Below, one piece after another: positions 42,766 to 52,685 of a stretch of DNA of 64,000 bases. Numbering within the stretch: position 1 is the stretch's first letter; the number at the start of each line of letters is the position of its first letter. Made by a program: the position numbers and the translations under genes. The notes under the pieces were generated by a model. The model was not told where the DNA came from. It saw only the letters and a program-made list of their open reading frames with translations, and searched no databases. Origin of the DNA: Alphaproteobacteria bacterium (lineage in GTDB: Bacteria; Pseudomonadota; Alphaproteobacteria; UBA828); the NCBI GenBank assembly GCA_965214705.1, contig OZ243972.1:480001-544000 (forward strand). The letters run 5' to 3'.

Positions 42766-43725
42766 ATGAGGCGGCTACTCGACGAGTTCCGCGAGAACCG
42801 GCTCATGCTGCCGACGGTGCTGCTGCTGCTCGGCGGCATCTCATACGGCAGCCTGTTCACCGCCAACAAGATCGCGATCGACGCGGGCTTCCCCTTCATC
42901 GCCTATTCGTTCTGGCAGGCGCTGTTCGCGGGTGTGGTAACGCTGGTGCTGGCCGGGATCGTCTCCAAGCCGCCGTCGCTCGGGAAAGAGAACCTCCGGG
43001 TCTTCGGGCTGGTGGCGGTCTTCGGCTTTTTGGGCCCGCTTCTGGTCGTCACCTACGTCGCCGACCGCCTGCCGCCGGCGGTGCTCACGCTCTGCGCGGC
43101 GCTGATCCCGGCGACCACCTACTCGCTGACCCTCGTACTGAGGTTCGACCGCTTCCGCTGGCTCAGCGTCGGCGGCGTGCTCTTGGGTTTCGGCGGGATC
43201 CTGCTCATCGTCGTGCCCACGGGCAGCCTGCCGGAGTCAGGCGCCTGGGTGTGGGTGCTGTTCTCGCTGCTGATGCCGATGTCTGCGGCGGTGAACAATG
43301 TCGCGGGCGCGCGCTTCTCGCCGGTGGGTGTGAGTGCGTTCGCGCTCTGCGGCGGCATGATGATGGTGGCCGCGCTCCTGCTGCTGATCGTGATGCTCGC
43401 GCAAGGCGAGCTCTTCCTGCCGACCGACGCCGACTCCTCCGGTCTCTGGGGCCTGCTCTGGGCCACGGCAGGCCAGGCGATCACCTACAGCTGCTTCTTC
43501 GAGATCGTGCGTCGCGCCGGCGCGCTCTTCTTCGCACAGCTCAACTACGTGGTGGTGGCGGCCGGCATCTTCTGGGCCAGCATCTTCTTCGGTGCGGCGC
43601 TCAGCCACTGGGTCTGGGCTGCGGTCGCGGTGCTGGTGGCGAGCCTCGTTCTGATCAACGCCGGTACGGCGCGAGGCCTGCGCGAGCAGGCCGCCCGTTT
43701 CGAGGCCAAGCGGTCGGACCAATAA
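42766..43725 (+). CDS. DMT/EamA-family transporter
   Basis: About 10 TMs in two repeats; YSCFFEIVRRAGALF. Confidence 0.85.
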   Translation: MRRLLDEFRENRLMLPTVLLLLGGISYGSLFTANKIAIDAGFPFIAYSFWQALFAGVVTLVLAGIVSKPPSLGKENLRVFGLVAVFGFLGPLLVVTYVADRLPPAVLTLCAALIPATTYSLTLVLRFDRFRWLSVGGVLLGFGGILLIVVPTGSLPESGAWVWVLFSLLMPMSAAVNNVAGARFSPVGVSAFALCGGMMMVAALLLLIVMLAQGELFLPTDADSSGLWGLLWATAGQAITYSCFFEIVRRAGALFFAQLNYVVVAAGIFWASIFFGAALSHWVWAAVAVLVASLVLINAGTARGLREQAARFEAKRSDQ

Positions 43726-43797
43726 CAGCGATAACGTCTTGCCGCGTCACGCAAATCAGCCTATCAACCGCGAGCATTTGAGCGACGACAGCGAACG

Positions 43798-45039
43798 ATG
43801 GCGTTCGGCCTCCTGAAATACGGCCTCTCCCGGCGCCGGCCGGTGAAGCGCTTCCTCGCCGCCCGGCCGGAGCTTCGGCCGAGCTATGACGTGGCGATCA
43901 TCGGCGGCGGCGGCCACGGGCTTGCGGCTGCCTACTACCTCGCGGCCAGGCACGGCGTGCGCAACGTCGCGGTGTTCGACAAAGGCTATCTCGGCGGCGG
44001 CAACACCGGGCGCAACACAGCCATCATCCGCTCCAACTATCTGACGCCGGAAGGGGTGGCTTTCTACGAGGAATCGATGCGGCTCTATCGCGGCCTCAGC
44101 GAGGAGCTCGACTACAACATCCTCTATTCTGAGCGCGGGCACTTCACGCTGGCGCATTCCGATTCCGCCATGCGCACCTCGCGCTGGCGGGCCGAAGTGA
44201 ACAAGCATCTGGGTGTCGATTCCGAGGTCGTCGAGCGCGACGAGCTCGCACGCCTCGTGCCGCTGCTCAATATGTCCGAGGACGTGCGCCATCCGGTGCT
44301 GGGCGCACTCTATCATCCGCCCGGCGCGGTCGCCCGCCACGATGCGGTCGCCTGGGGCTATGCCGGCCGCGCCCAGGAGCTCGGGGTCGAGATCCATCAG
44401 GAGACCGAGGTCACCGGCATAAAGATCGAGAGCGGGCGCGTCGTCGGACTCGAGACCAGCCGGGGGCCGATCGCCTGCGGCAAGGCGATGCAGGCGGTGG
44501 CGGGCCTCAGCGGGCAGGTCGCGCGGCTCGCGGGCTTCACGCTGCCGATCCGCACCGTGCCGCTGCAGGCCTGCGTCTCGCTGCCGCTCAAACCCTTCCT
44601 CGACCCGATCATCGTCTCGGGCAGCCTGCACGTCTACATCTCGCAGTCCGACCGGGGCGAGCTGGTGATGGGCGGCGCAACCGACCCCTACCCGCGCTAT
44701 CAGACTTCCTCGACCCTCGACTTCATGGAGGGGCTGATGGCGCACATCCTGGAGCTCTTCCCCTTCATGGTGGACGTCCCGGTGCTGCGCCAGTGGGCCG
44801 GCATGACCGACATGACGCCCGACTTCGCGCCGGTCATGGGGCTCACGCCGGTCGAGAACTACTACATCGATTCAGGCTGGGGCACCTGGGGCTTCAAGGC
44901 GACGCCGGTCTGCGGCACCACCATGGCGGAGATGATCGCGACCGGCCGCGTGCCCGAGTTGATCAAGGAGTTCCGCCTCGACCGCTTCCGCGACTTCTCG
45001 CTCCTGGGCGAGAAGGGCGCGGCCTCGGTCGGGCACTAG
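43798..45039 (+). CDS. soxB: Sarcosine oxidase beta / N-methylglutamate dehydrogenase A-like subunit
   Basis: IIGGGGHGLA, GGGNTGRNTAIIRSNY, GWGTWGFKATP. Confidence 0.9.
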   Translation: MAFGLLKYGLSRRRPVKRFLAARPELRPSYDVAIIGGGGHGLAAAYYLAARHGVRNVAVFDKGYLGGGNTGRNTAIIRSNYLTPEGVAFYEESMRLYRGLSEELDYNILYSERGHFTLAHSDSAMRTSRWRAEVNKHLGVDSEVVERDELARLVPLLNMSEDVRHPVLGALYHPPGAVARHDAVAWGYAGRAQELGVEIHQETEVTGIKIESGRVVGLETSRGPIACGKAMQAVAGLSGQVARLAGFTLPIRTVPLQACVSLPLKPFLDPIIVSGSLHVYISQSDRGELVMGGATDPYPRYQTSSTLDFMEGLMAHILELFPFMVDVPVLRQWAGMTDMTPDFAPVMGLTPVENYYIDSGWGTWGFKATPVCGTTMAEMIATGRVPELIKEFRLDRFRDFSLLGEKGAASVGH

Positions 45040-45065
45040 GGGCTCCGGGTGGCGAAGGTGCGGCC

Positions 45066-45689
45066 ATGAAAATCATGCCCTGCCCCCTCAACGGGCCGCG
45101 CAATATCCAGGAGTTCATCTGCGCCGGCACCGTGGAGCCGCATCCCGATCCCAACCGGTGCTCGGACGACGAGTGGACCGAGTTCGTCTGGATGGAGGAG
45201 AACCTGGGCGGCGTGGTACGCGAGTGGTGGTGTCACGTCGCGACCGCCTACTGGTTCATCGCCGAGCGCAACACGGTGACCGACGAGATCCTTGCCACCT
45301 ATCCGGCCAACCGGGTTTTCTCTGAGCGCGTCGAATTCGAACCTCTGCCACCGCCTCCAGAGCCCGCAGCCGCACCCGAGCCGCGGAAGCAGGCCGCACC
45401 ACCGCCGCCACCTACACCGCCGGAAGCACCGCCACCACCGCCTGAGGCCGCGCCCACCGAGGCCACACAGGAGGAGCCCGCCGCGCCCGAGCCGGAGCCG
45501 CAATCCGAACCTGCCGAGGCCGCGGCGGAAACGCCGGAAGCTCCAGAACAAGCCGTGCCGGCCGACGCCGAAGGCGATACACCCGCCGACGAGGCGTCCA
45601 CAGACGATTCATCCGCAGACGACGCGCCAGCAGACGATAAGCCTGCCGACGACGCGTCGTCCCGCGAGCCCAAGGATCCGGCCGCATGA
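45066..45689 (+). CDS. soxD: Sarcosine oxidase delta-like subunit with a Pro/Ala/acidic C-terminal extension
   Basis: MKIMPCPLNGPRNIQEF...REWWCH...RNTVTDEI; ATGA overlap with soxA. Confidence 0.85.
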   Translation: MKIMPCPLNGPRNIQEFICAGTVEPHPDPNRCSDDEWTEFVWMEENLGGVVREWWCHVATAYWFIAERNTVTDEILATYPANRVFSERVEFEPLPPPPEPAAAPEPRKQAAPPPPPTPPEAPPPPPEAAPTEATQEEPAAPEPEPQSEPAEAAAETPEAPEQAVPADAEGDTPADEASTDDSSADDAPADDKPADDASSREPKDPAA

Positions 45690-48595
45690 TGGCACGGCTG
45701 CCGGAGCCCGCAGGGCTGCTTCTCGATCGCACGGAACCGGTCTCGTTCCGCTTCGAGGGCAAGCAGTTTCAGGGCTATCGCGGCGATACGGTGGCGAGCG
45801 CGCTGGCGGCGAACGACGTCTCGGTGCTCTCGCGCTCCTTCAAGTATCACCGCCCGCGCGGCATCCATTCGCTCTCCGGTCTCGATGCGAACACGCTGGT
45901 CCAGGTCGGCCCCGCACCCAACCGCTTCGCGGACCGCGAGCCGCTGGTTCCCAATCTGGAGGTCACGGGCCAGAACTATTGGGGGACGCTGCGGCACGAC
46001 CGGCTCGCGGTGTTCGGCCTGCTGCACCGCTTCTTCCCCGTGGGCTTCTACTACAAGGCGTTCTACAAGCCGCGTTGGACCTGGCCGCTCTGGGCCAAGA
46101 TGATCCGCCGGATCGCGGGCCTCGGCACCGTCGATACCCATGCGCCGCACGGCTATTTCGACAAGCAGTACCTCTTCTGCGACGTACTGGTGGTGGGCGG
46201 CGGCGCGGCGGGGCTCGCGGCGGCATCGCAAGCGGCGGCCGCCGGTGCCGAGGTCATCCTGGTGGACGAGAACGCGGCTCTCGGCGGCAGGCTTCTCTAC
46301 GGTCGCCCCGATGCCGGCGGCATCCGCGCGGACGAGGAGCGGGCCCGGCTCGTGGGCGATGTCGAGGGCTCGGATCGCATCTCGGTGATGACCGAAACCG
46401 CATGCCTCGGCCGCTACGCCGACAACTGGCTGCCGCTGGTGCGCGGCAACCGGCTCTACAAGCTCCGGACCAAGGCGCTGGTGGTTGCCACCGGCTCGCT
46501 CGAGCAACCGCTGGTCTTCCGCAACAACGACCTGCCCGGCGTCATGCTGAGCAGCGCGGCGCAGCGCCTGATCAAGCTCTATGGCGTGAAGCCCGGCCGC
46601 CGCGCCGTGGTCGCGACGGCGGACGACGAAGGCTACGGCGCGGCTCTCGACCTGCTGGATGCGGGCGTCGAGGTGGCGGCGGTGGTCGATCTCCGCATGG
46701 ATGCGCCGCGCACCGCGATGAGCGACACGCTCGCGGCGCGCCGGGTGCCGGTCCACGTCGCTTCGGCGCCGTGGGAGGCCGTGCCCCAGCGCAAGGGGCC
46801 ACGCCTCGCGCGCGTCCGCGTCGCCCGGATCGAGGAAGACGGCGTGTGCGCGCCCTCCGTGGACAGTTTCACCTGCGACCTGCTGGTCGTGAGCGGCGGT
46901 CACGCGCCGGCGGCCGCACTGCTGCGCCAGGCGGGTGCTACGTTCAGGTACGACAGCGCGCGCCACGCGACCACCGTCGCGGAGCTCCCGCCCGATGTCT
47001 TTGCCGCAGGCGACGTGGCCGGAATCAACGGCCTCGATGCCGCGATGGCCGACGGCCGCCGCGCCGGCTGGCAGGCCGCGCAGGCTGCCGGGCTCGACGC
47101 GGGGCCTGAGCCCGCTGCCCCTGCGGAGGAGGAGCCGGCGGCAGCGCAGGCTGCGTGGCCGATCTTCCCGCATCCAGACCACAAGGCCTTCGTCGATCTG
47201 GACGAGGACGTGCAGGTTCACGATCTGGAAGACGCGATCGCCGAGGGCTACGACCACGTCGAGCTGCTCAAGCGCTTCACCACCAACGGCATGGGGCCAT
47301 CGCAGGGCCGCCATTCGTCGCTGAACGCGGTGCGCATTCTGGCACGGTCAAAGGCGCGGAGCGTCGACGAGACCGGCGTCACCACGGTGCGCCAGCCCAT
47401 CGTGCCGGTCACCATGGGCCATTTGGCGGGCCGCAGCTTCGAGCCGGTGCGCTACACGGCGATGCACTTCCGCCATCTGGAGGCCGGCGCCACCATGATG
47501 CCGGCGGGGCTCTGGCTCCGGCCCGAGTTCTACGGCGACAAGGCGCGGCGCCAGGCGCTGATCCGGGAGGAGGCCAAGAACGTCCGCGACAACGTGGGCA
47601 TCATTGATGTCTCGACCTTGGGCGGGCTCGACGTGCGCGGGCCGGACGCGGCTGAGTTCATGAACCGGATGTACACCTTCGCTTACCTCAAGCAGCCGGT
47701 AGGCCGCTCGCGCTACGTGCTGATGACTGACCTCGGCGGCGTGGTGGTGGACGACGGCGTCGCCTGCCGCATGCACGAGGACCACTTCTACGTCACGGCG
47801 ACCACCTCTGGCGTCGACAACGTCTACCGCGAGATGCTCTGGTACAACGCCCAGTGGCGGCTCAAGGTCGACGTGACCAACGTCACCGCCGCGCTCGCGG
47901 GCGTCAATATCGCGGGCCCCAACTGCCGCCCGGTGCTGGAAACGCTCTGCGACGATGTCGACCTCTCGCCCGAGGGCTTCCCCTACATGGGCGTGCGGGA
48001 GGGCCATGTCGCCGGCATCCCCACGATCTTTCTCAGGGTCGGCTTCGTGGGCGAGCTCGGCTACGAGCTGCACGTGCCGGCGAGCCAGGGCGAGGCGCTC
48101 TGGGATGCGCTCATGGAAGCCGGCAAGAACCACGGCATCCGGCCCTTCGGCGTCGAGGCGCAGCGCCTGCTCAGGCTGGAGAAGGGCCACATCCTTATCG
48201 GCCAGGATACCGACGGCCTCACCACCCCCCACGAGGCGGACATGGCCTGGGCGCTCGCCAAGAAGAAGCCATTCCACGTCGGCATCCGCTCGGTGCGGAT
48301 GCAGGCGGCGAAGGGGCTTACCCGCAAGCTGGTGGGCTTCGAGATGCCGGGCGTCGGAGTGGAACAGCCCAAGGAGTGCCACCTGGTGATCCGCGGTGGC
48401 GAGATCACCGGGCGGGTCACCTCGGTCGCCTACTCGCCGAACCTGGACAAGATCGTGGGCCTTGCCTACGTCGCGCCCGACCAGAGCGAGCCCGGCACCA
48501 AGATCGAGATCCGGGTGGACGGTGCGCGCATGGTGAGCGCGACCGTGGCGAAAATCCCGTTCTTCGACCCCGACGGCGCGCGGCAGGAGCTCTGA
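45686..48595 (+). CDS. soxA: Sarcosine oxidase alpha-like subunit
   Basis: GDTVASAL, RSFKYHRPRG, NNDLPGVM, GMGPSQG, DVSTLG, GcvT-like C-terminus. Confidence 0.92.
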   Translation: MMARLPEPAGLLLDRTEPVSFRFEGKQFQGYRGDTVASALAANDVSVLSRSFKYHRPRGIHSLSGLDANTLVQVGPAPNRFADREPLVPNLEVTGQNYWGTLRHDRLAVFGLLHRFFPVGFYYKAFYKPRWTWPLWAKMIRRIAGLGTVDTHAPHGYFDKQYLFCDVLVVGGGAAGLAAASQAAAAGAEVILVDENAALGGRLLYGRPDAGGIRADEERARLVGDVEGSDRISVMTETACLGRYADNWLPLVRGNRLYKLRTKALVVATGSLEQPLVFRNNDLPGVMLSSAAQRLIKLYGVKPGRRAVVATADDEGYGAALDLLDAGVEVAAVVDLRMDAPRTAMSDTLAARRVPVHVASAPWEAVPQRKGPRLARVRVARIEEDGVCAPSVDSFTCDLLVVSGGHAPAAALLRQAGATFRYDSARHATTVAELPPDVFAAGDVAGINGLDAAMADGRRAGWQAAQAAGLDAGPEPAAPAEEEPAAAQAAWPIFPHPDHKAFVDLDEDVQVHDLEDAIAEGYDHVELLKRFTTNGMGPSQGRHSSLNAVRILARSKARSVDETGVTTVRQPIVPVTMGHLAGRSFEPVRYTAMHFRHLEAGATMMPAGLWLRPEFYGDKARRQALIREEAKNVRDNVGIIDVSTLGGLDVRGPDAAEFMNRMYTFAYLKQPVGRSRYVLMTDLGGVVVDDGVACRMHEDHFYVTATTSGVDNVYREMLWYNAQWRLKVDVTNVTAALAGVNIAGPNCRPVLETLCDDVDLSPEGFPYMGVREGHVAGIPTIFLRVGFVGELGYELHVPASQGEALWDALMEAGKNHGIRPFGVEAQRLLRLEKGHILIGQDTDGLTTPHEADMAWALAKKKPFHVGIRSVRMQAAKGLTRKLVGFEMPGVGVEQPKECHLVIRGGEITGRVTSVAYSPNLDKIVGLAYVAPDQSEPGTKIEIRVDGARMVSATVAKIPFFDPDGARQEL

Positions 48596-48597
48596 CG

Positions 48598-49329
48598 GTG
48601 GCAATTCCCGCAGAGGAACGGCGACGCTCGCCGCTCTACCGCGCGCTGGAGGCGCACGGCGCGCGCTTCGAGGCGTTGGGCGGCTATGCGGTGGCCAGCG
48701 ACTTCGGGCGGGAGGCCGCTGCCGAGGCAGCACAAGCGGAATCCCTGGGCCTTGCCGACCTCACGCCCTTTCCGCGCGTCGGCTTCAAGGGCTGGAACAT
48801 CGCCCCCTGGCTCGCCGGCAATGGCGCCGAGATGGGCGAGGCGAGCAACCGGACCTATCCCCAGGCCGATGGCACCCGCATCGCGCGGCTTGCGCCCGGC
48901 GAGGCGCTGGTGCTCGCAGATCGCGGCGGGGCCGGCCCGCTGATCCAGACCCTCGATGGGGCGTGGAGCATGGCGGAGGCGGACGGCTGCTTCCGCGTCA
49001 GGCGGGACGAGACCAGCTGCTGGCTGCTGCTCACCGGCGCGCATGCGCCCTCGATGCTCGCCAAGGTCTGCGCCGTCGATATGAGGCCCCAGGTCTTCGC
49101 AGAGGACGCCATCGCCCAGACCAACGTCGCCCGCCTCAACGTGATCGTGATCCGGGGCGACCTCGGCCCAGTGCCCGCCTACGACCTGATCACCGACCTC
49201 GCTTCGGCGGTCTATCTATGGGGTGCGCTGCTCGATGCCGTGGCCGAGTACGACGGCGCGCCGATCGGCCTCGCCGCGATCCGCGCTCTATTGGATGGCG
49301 GCGGCGAGGAGGACGCGCCTAGCTCTTGA
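48598..49329 (+). CDS. soxG: Sarcosine oxidase gamma-like subunit
   Basis: RRSPL...DLTPFPRVGFKG...LAKVCAVDMR; operon position. Confidence 0.8.
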   Translation: MAIPAEERRRSPLYRALEAHGARFEALGGYAVASDFGREAAAEAAQAESLGLADLTPFPRVGFKGWNIAPWLAGNGAEMGEASNRTYPQADGTRIARLAPGEALVLADRGGAGPLIQTLDGAWSMAEADGCFRVRRDETSCWLLLTGAHAPSMLAKVCAVDMRPQVFAEDAIAQTNVARLNVIVIRGDLGPVPAYDLITDLASAVYLWGALLDAVAEYDGAPIGLAAIRALLDGGGEEDAPSS

Positions 49330-49504
49330 AGAGCGAGTCCGCCTTGCTCAGGTAGTCCGTCTTCGCGTGGATGGCGCCGCGCACCCGCTCCAGCTCCTCT
49401 TCAAGCTGCCCGGCATAGTGGTTGAGCGCCTCCACCGACATGTCGTCGAGCACGCGCGGGGACCATTCCTGCTCGCGCGGGATGCGAATTGGCTCCTCGT
49501 CCAT
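49319..49504 (-). CDS. DUF1192-family small protein
   Basis: LDDMSVEAL...LEEELERV...ADSLFKS; divergent from a quinone oxidoreductase. Confidence 0.8.
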   Translation of the reverse strand: MDEEPIRIPREQEWSPRVLDDMSVEALNHYAGQLEEELERVRGAIHAKTDYLSKADSLFKS

Positions 49505-49571
49505 GCCATTTCTCCTGCGTCGGCCGGGCCCGCTTGAGTATAGTCGCGCGCGCAAATCGTTTGGAGGCGTC

Positions 49572-50579
49572 ATGGCAAAGTTGCCCAATGAAATGACCGT
49601 CGTCGAGATCACCGAACCCGGCGGGCCCGAGGTCCTGCGCCCTGCGCGCAGGCCGGTGCCCGAACCCGGCCTGGGCGAGGTGCTGATCGAGGTGGCGGCA
49701 GCCGGGGTCAACCGGCCGGACGTGATGCAACGTCAGGGCGCCTATCCGCCGCCGCCCGGCGCCTCCGATCTTCCGGGGCTGGAGGTTGCGGGCCACGTGG
49801 TGGCGAATGGCCCCGGTGCGCACCGCTACGCGGCGGGCGATGCCGTCTGCGCGCTCACCCACGGCGGCGGTTATGCGGAGTACTGCGTCGCGCCGGAGAC
49901 GCAGACGCTCCCGGTCCCGGCAGGGCTCCCGGTGGTCGATGCCGCCGGCTTGCCCGAGACCTGCTTCACGGTCTGGACCAATGCCTTCGAGCGTGCCCGG
50001 CTCCGCGCCGGCGAACGGCTGCTGGTCCATGGCGGCAGCAGCGGCATCGGCACCACCGCGATCCAGATCGCGTCCGCGTTGGGCGTCCGCGTCTTCGCCA
50101 CCGCCGGCTCGGCGGAGAAGTGCGCTGCCTGCGAAAATCTCGGCGCCGAACGGGCGATCGACTACCGCAACGAGGACTTCGTCAGCGTGGTGAAGGAGAT
50201 AACCGGCGGCGAGGGGGTCGATGTCGTGCTCGACATCGTTGGTGGCAGCTACCTGCAGCGCAATCTCGCAGCGCTCCGGCCCGAGGGCCGGCTGGCGCAG
50301 ATCGCCGTGCAGGAGGCGTCGAAATCCCAGATCGACCTTTTCGCGCTCATGCGCAAACGGCTCACCATCGTGGGTTCAACGCTCAGGCCCCAGAGCGTGG
50401 AGAGCAAGGCCCGCATCGCCGCAGCGCTGGAGGAGACCGTCTGGCCGCTGATCGAGGCAGGGCTGGTGCGGCCGGTCATCGACACGCGGTTGCCGCTCGA
50501 CCAGGCGGCGGCGGCTCACGCCCGCATGGAGGCAGGCCAGCACATCGGCAAAATCCTGCTGGAGCGCACGAACGAGTAA
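49572..50579 (+). CDS. NAD(P)H-quinone oxidoreductase, PIG3 family
   Basis: AAGVNRPD, YPPPPGAS, HGGSSGIGT, HIGKILL. Confidence 0.92.
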   Translation: MAKLPNEMTVVEITEPGGPEVLRPARRPVPEPGLGEVLIEVAAAGVNRPDVMQRQGAYPPPPGASDLPGLEVAGHVVANGPGAHRYAAGDAVCALTHGGGYAEYCVAPETQTLPVPAGLPVVDAAGLPETCFTVWTNAFERARLRAGERLLVHGGSSGIGTTAIQIASALGVRVFATAGSAEKCAACENLGAERAIDYRNEDFVSVVKEITGGEGVDVVLDIVGGSYLQRNLAALRPEGRLAQIAVQEASKSQIDLFALMRKRLTIVGSTLRPQSVESKARIAAALEETVWPLIEAGLVRPVIDTRLPLDQAAAAHARMEAGQHIGKILLERTNE

Positions 50580-50708
50580 TGTCCGGTGAACTGCGGCTTT
50601 GCGCTCCCCACATCTAAGCGATATACCGACCGCCTCACACGTGGCTGCGGGCGATAATGCCGGCCGTGGCACAGTTGCGCGTGGGCAGCAGTGGAAGGAA
50701 CCAATAAG

Positions 50709-51452
50709 ATGGCCGAGTTGCTGATGCCCAAGGCCACGGCGGTGTGGCTGATCGACAACACCACGCTCACCTTCGATCAGATTGCGGCGTTCTGCGAGCT
50801 GCATCCGCTCGAGGTGCAGGGCATCGCCGATGGCGAGGTCGCAGTCGGTATTCGCGGCCTCGACCCCGTCGCCAACGGGCAGGTCAGCCGCGAGGATATC
50901 CAGCGCTGCGAAGAGGATTCCTCCCAGCGGCTAGAAGCCATCGGCCCGGCCCCGGAAGTGCCGCAGCGCACCCGACGCGCCCGCTACACGCCGGTCAGCA
51001 AACGGCAGGACCGCCCCAACGCCATCGCCTGGCTGCTCAAAAACTACGACGAGCTGAGCGACGCGCAGATCGGCAAGCTGCTCGGCACCACCAAGGCGAC
51101 GATCAACGCCGTGCGCGAGCGGACCCACTGGAACACGCCCAACATCACGCCGCAGGACCCGATCCTGTTGGGCATCTGCACCGAGGCGGAGCTTCTCGAC
51201 GCGGTGCGCAAGGCGCGCGCCAGGGCGGAGCGGGCGGCGGCGCGGGAGGAAAAGGCTGCCGAGGCGGCTGCAGCCGAGGCGTCTGCCGCAGCGGCCCAAG
51301 CGTCGCCAGCGCCGCCGCAGGTTGACGCGTCGCCGGTCCAGCCGGACGATGATGCGCCGCCAGCCGCCGCAGAAGCTGGTCCGTCCGACTCCGGCATGCC
51401 GGGCGAAGGCGGCGGGCCCGCAGACGAACTGCAGCCGGAAGCGGCCGACTGA
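50709..51452 (+). CDS. DUF1013 / TrcR-like transcriptional regulator
   Basis: LMPKATAVWLIDNT, RYTPVSKRQDRP, RTHWN. Confidence 0.9.
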   Translation: MAELLMPKATAVWLIDNTTLTFDQIAAFCELHPLEVQGIADGEVAVGIRGLDPVANGQVSREDIQRCEEDSSQRLEAIGPAPEVPQRTRRARYTPVSKRQDRPNAIAWLLKNYDELSDAQIGKLLGTTKATINAVRERTHWNTPNITPQDPILLGICTEAELLDAVRKARARAERAAAREEKAAEAAAAEASAAAAQASPAPPQVDASPVQPDDDAPPAAAEAGPSDSGMPGEGGGPADELQPEAAD

Positions 51453-51524
51453 CCGCCGGCCACGACAGCCGCGCCGAGCGGGCCGCCTGGGCGGCCACGG
51501 CGGGCACCATTATCAATTGGGGAA

Positions 51525-52652
51525 ATGACGGCCATGCTCATCGGCGTTCCCAAGGAGACCAAGGTCCACGAGTACCGCGTCGGCATCCCGCCCGGCGGCG
51601 TGCGCGAGCTCGTGCAGCACGGCCATCGGGTCTTGGTCGAGAAGGACGCCGGGACCGAAATCGGGCTCCTCGACGTGCATTACGAGCGCGCCGGCGCCCA
51701 GGTGGTGGATGACGCGGCGGAGATCTTTGGCGCGGCCGAGATGATCGTGAAGGTGAAGGAGCCTTCGCCGGACGAATGCGCCATGCTGCGGGCCGACCAG
51801 GTGCTCTTCACCTATCTCCACCTCGCGGCCGATGCCGCCCAGACCGACGCTCTAATCGATTCCAGCTGCATCGCCATCGCCTACGAGACGGTGACCGATG
51901 CGCGGGGCGGCCTGCCGCTGCTCGCGCCCATGAGCGAAGTCGCGGGCCGCATGTCGATCCAGGCGGGCGCCCATTGCCTTGAGAAGGAGCAGGGGGGTCG
52001 GGGCGTGCTGCTTGGCGGTGTCCCCGGCGTGCCGCCGGCCGACGTGGTGATCCTGGGCGGCGGCGTGGTGGGCACCCACGCGGCCCGCATGGCCGTCGGC
52101 ATGGGCGCGCAGGTCACGATCATCGACCGCTCGATCCCGCGCCTCCGCCAGCTGGAGGAGATCTTCGGCGCCAGCGCCACGACCGTCTACTCCACCGTCC
52201 AGGCCATCGAGGAGACGGTGAACAACGCCGACCTAGTCATCGGCGCCGTGCTCATTGCCGGTGCCGCCGCGCCCAAGCTGGTGCGCCGCGACATGCTGGA
52301 CGACATGCGCCGCAATGCCGTCGTGGTCGACGTGGCGATCGACCAGGGCGGCTGCTTCGAGACCAGCCGGCCGACCACCCATGCCGATCCCACCTACAAG
52401 GTGGCCAACGTCCTGCACTACTGCGTCACCAACATGCCGGGCGCCGTGGCCCGCACCTCCACCTTCGCGCTCAGCAACGCGACGCTGCCCTTCGTGCTCG
52501 CGCTCGCGGGGCGCGGCTGGCAGCAGGCCTTGCGCGACGATGATCACCTCATGCACGGGCTCAACGTCTGCCGCGGGCGCGTCACCCACGAGGCGGTGGC
52601 GCTCGACCTCGGCCACGACTACCTCGCGCCGGAGCGCGCACTCGCCGCCTGA
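51525..52652 (+). CDS. ald: Alanine dehydrogenase
   Basis: IGVPKE...[33 protein letters not shown]. Confidence 0.96.
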   Translation: MTAMLIGVPKETKVHEYRVGIPPGGVRELVQHGHRVLVEKDAGTEIGLLDVHYERAGAQVVDDAAEIFGAAEMIVKVKEPSPDECAMLRADQVLFTYLHLAADAAQTDALIDSSCIAIAYETVTDARGGLPLLAPMSEVAGRMSIQAGAHCLEKEQGGRGVLLGGVPGVPPADVVILGGGVVGTHAARMAVGMGAQVTIIDRSIPRLRQLEEIFGASATTVYSTVQAIEETVNNADLVIGAVLIAGAAAPKLVRRDMLDDMRRNAVVVDVAIDQGGCFETSRPTTHADPTYKVANVLHYCVTNMPGAVARTSTFALSNATLPFVLALAGRGWQQALRDDDHLMHGLNVCRGRVTHEAVALDLGHDYLAPERALAA

Positions 52653-52685
52653 CCGGCACAAAGAACCGACGAGAATCGGGGGACT

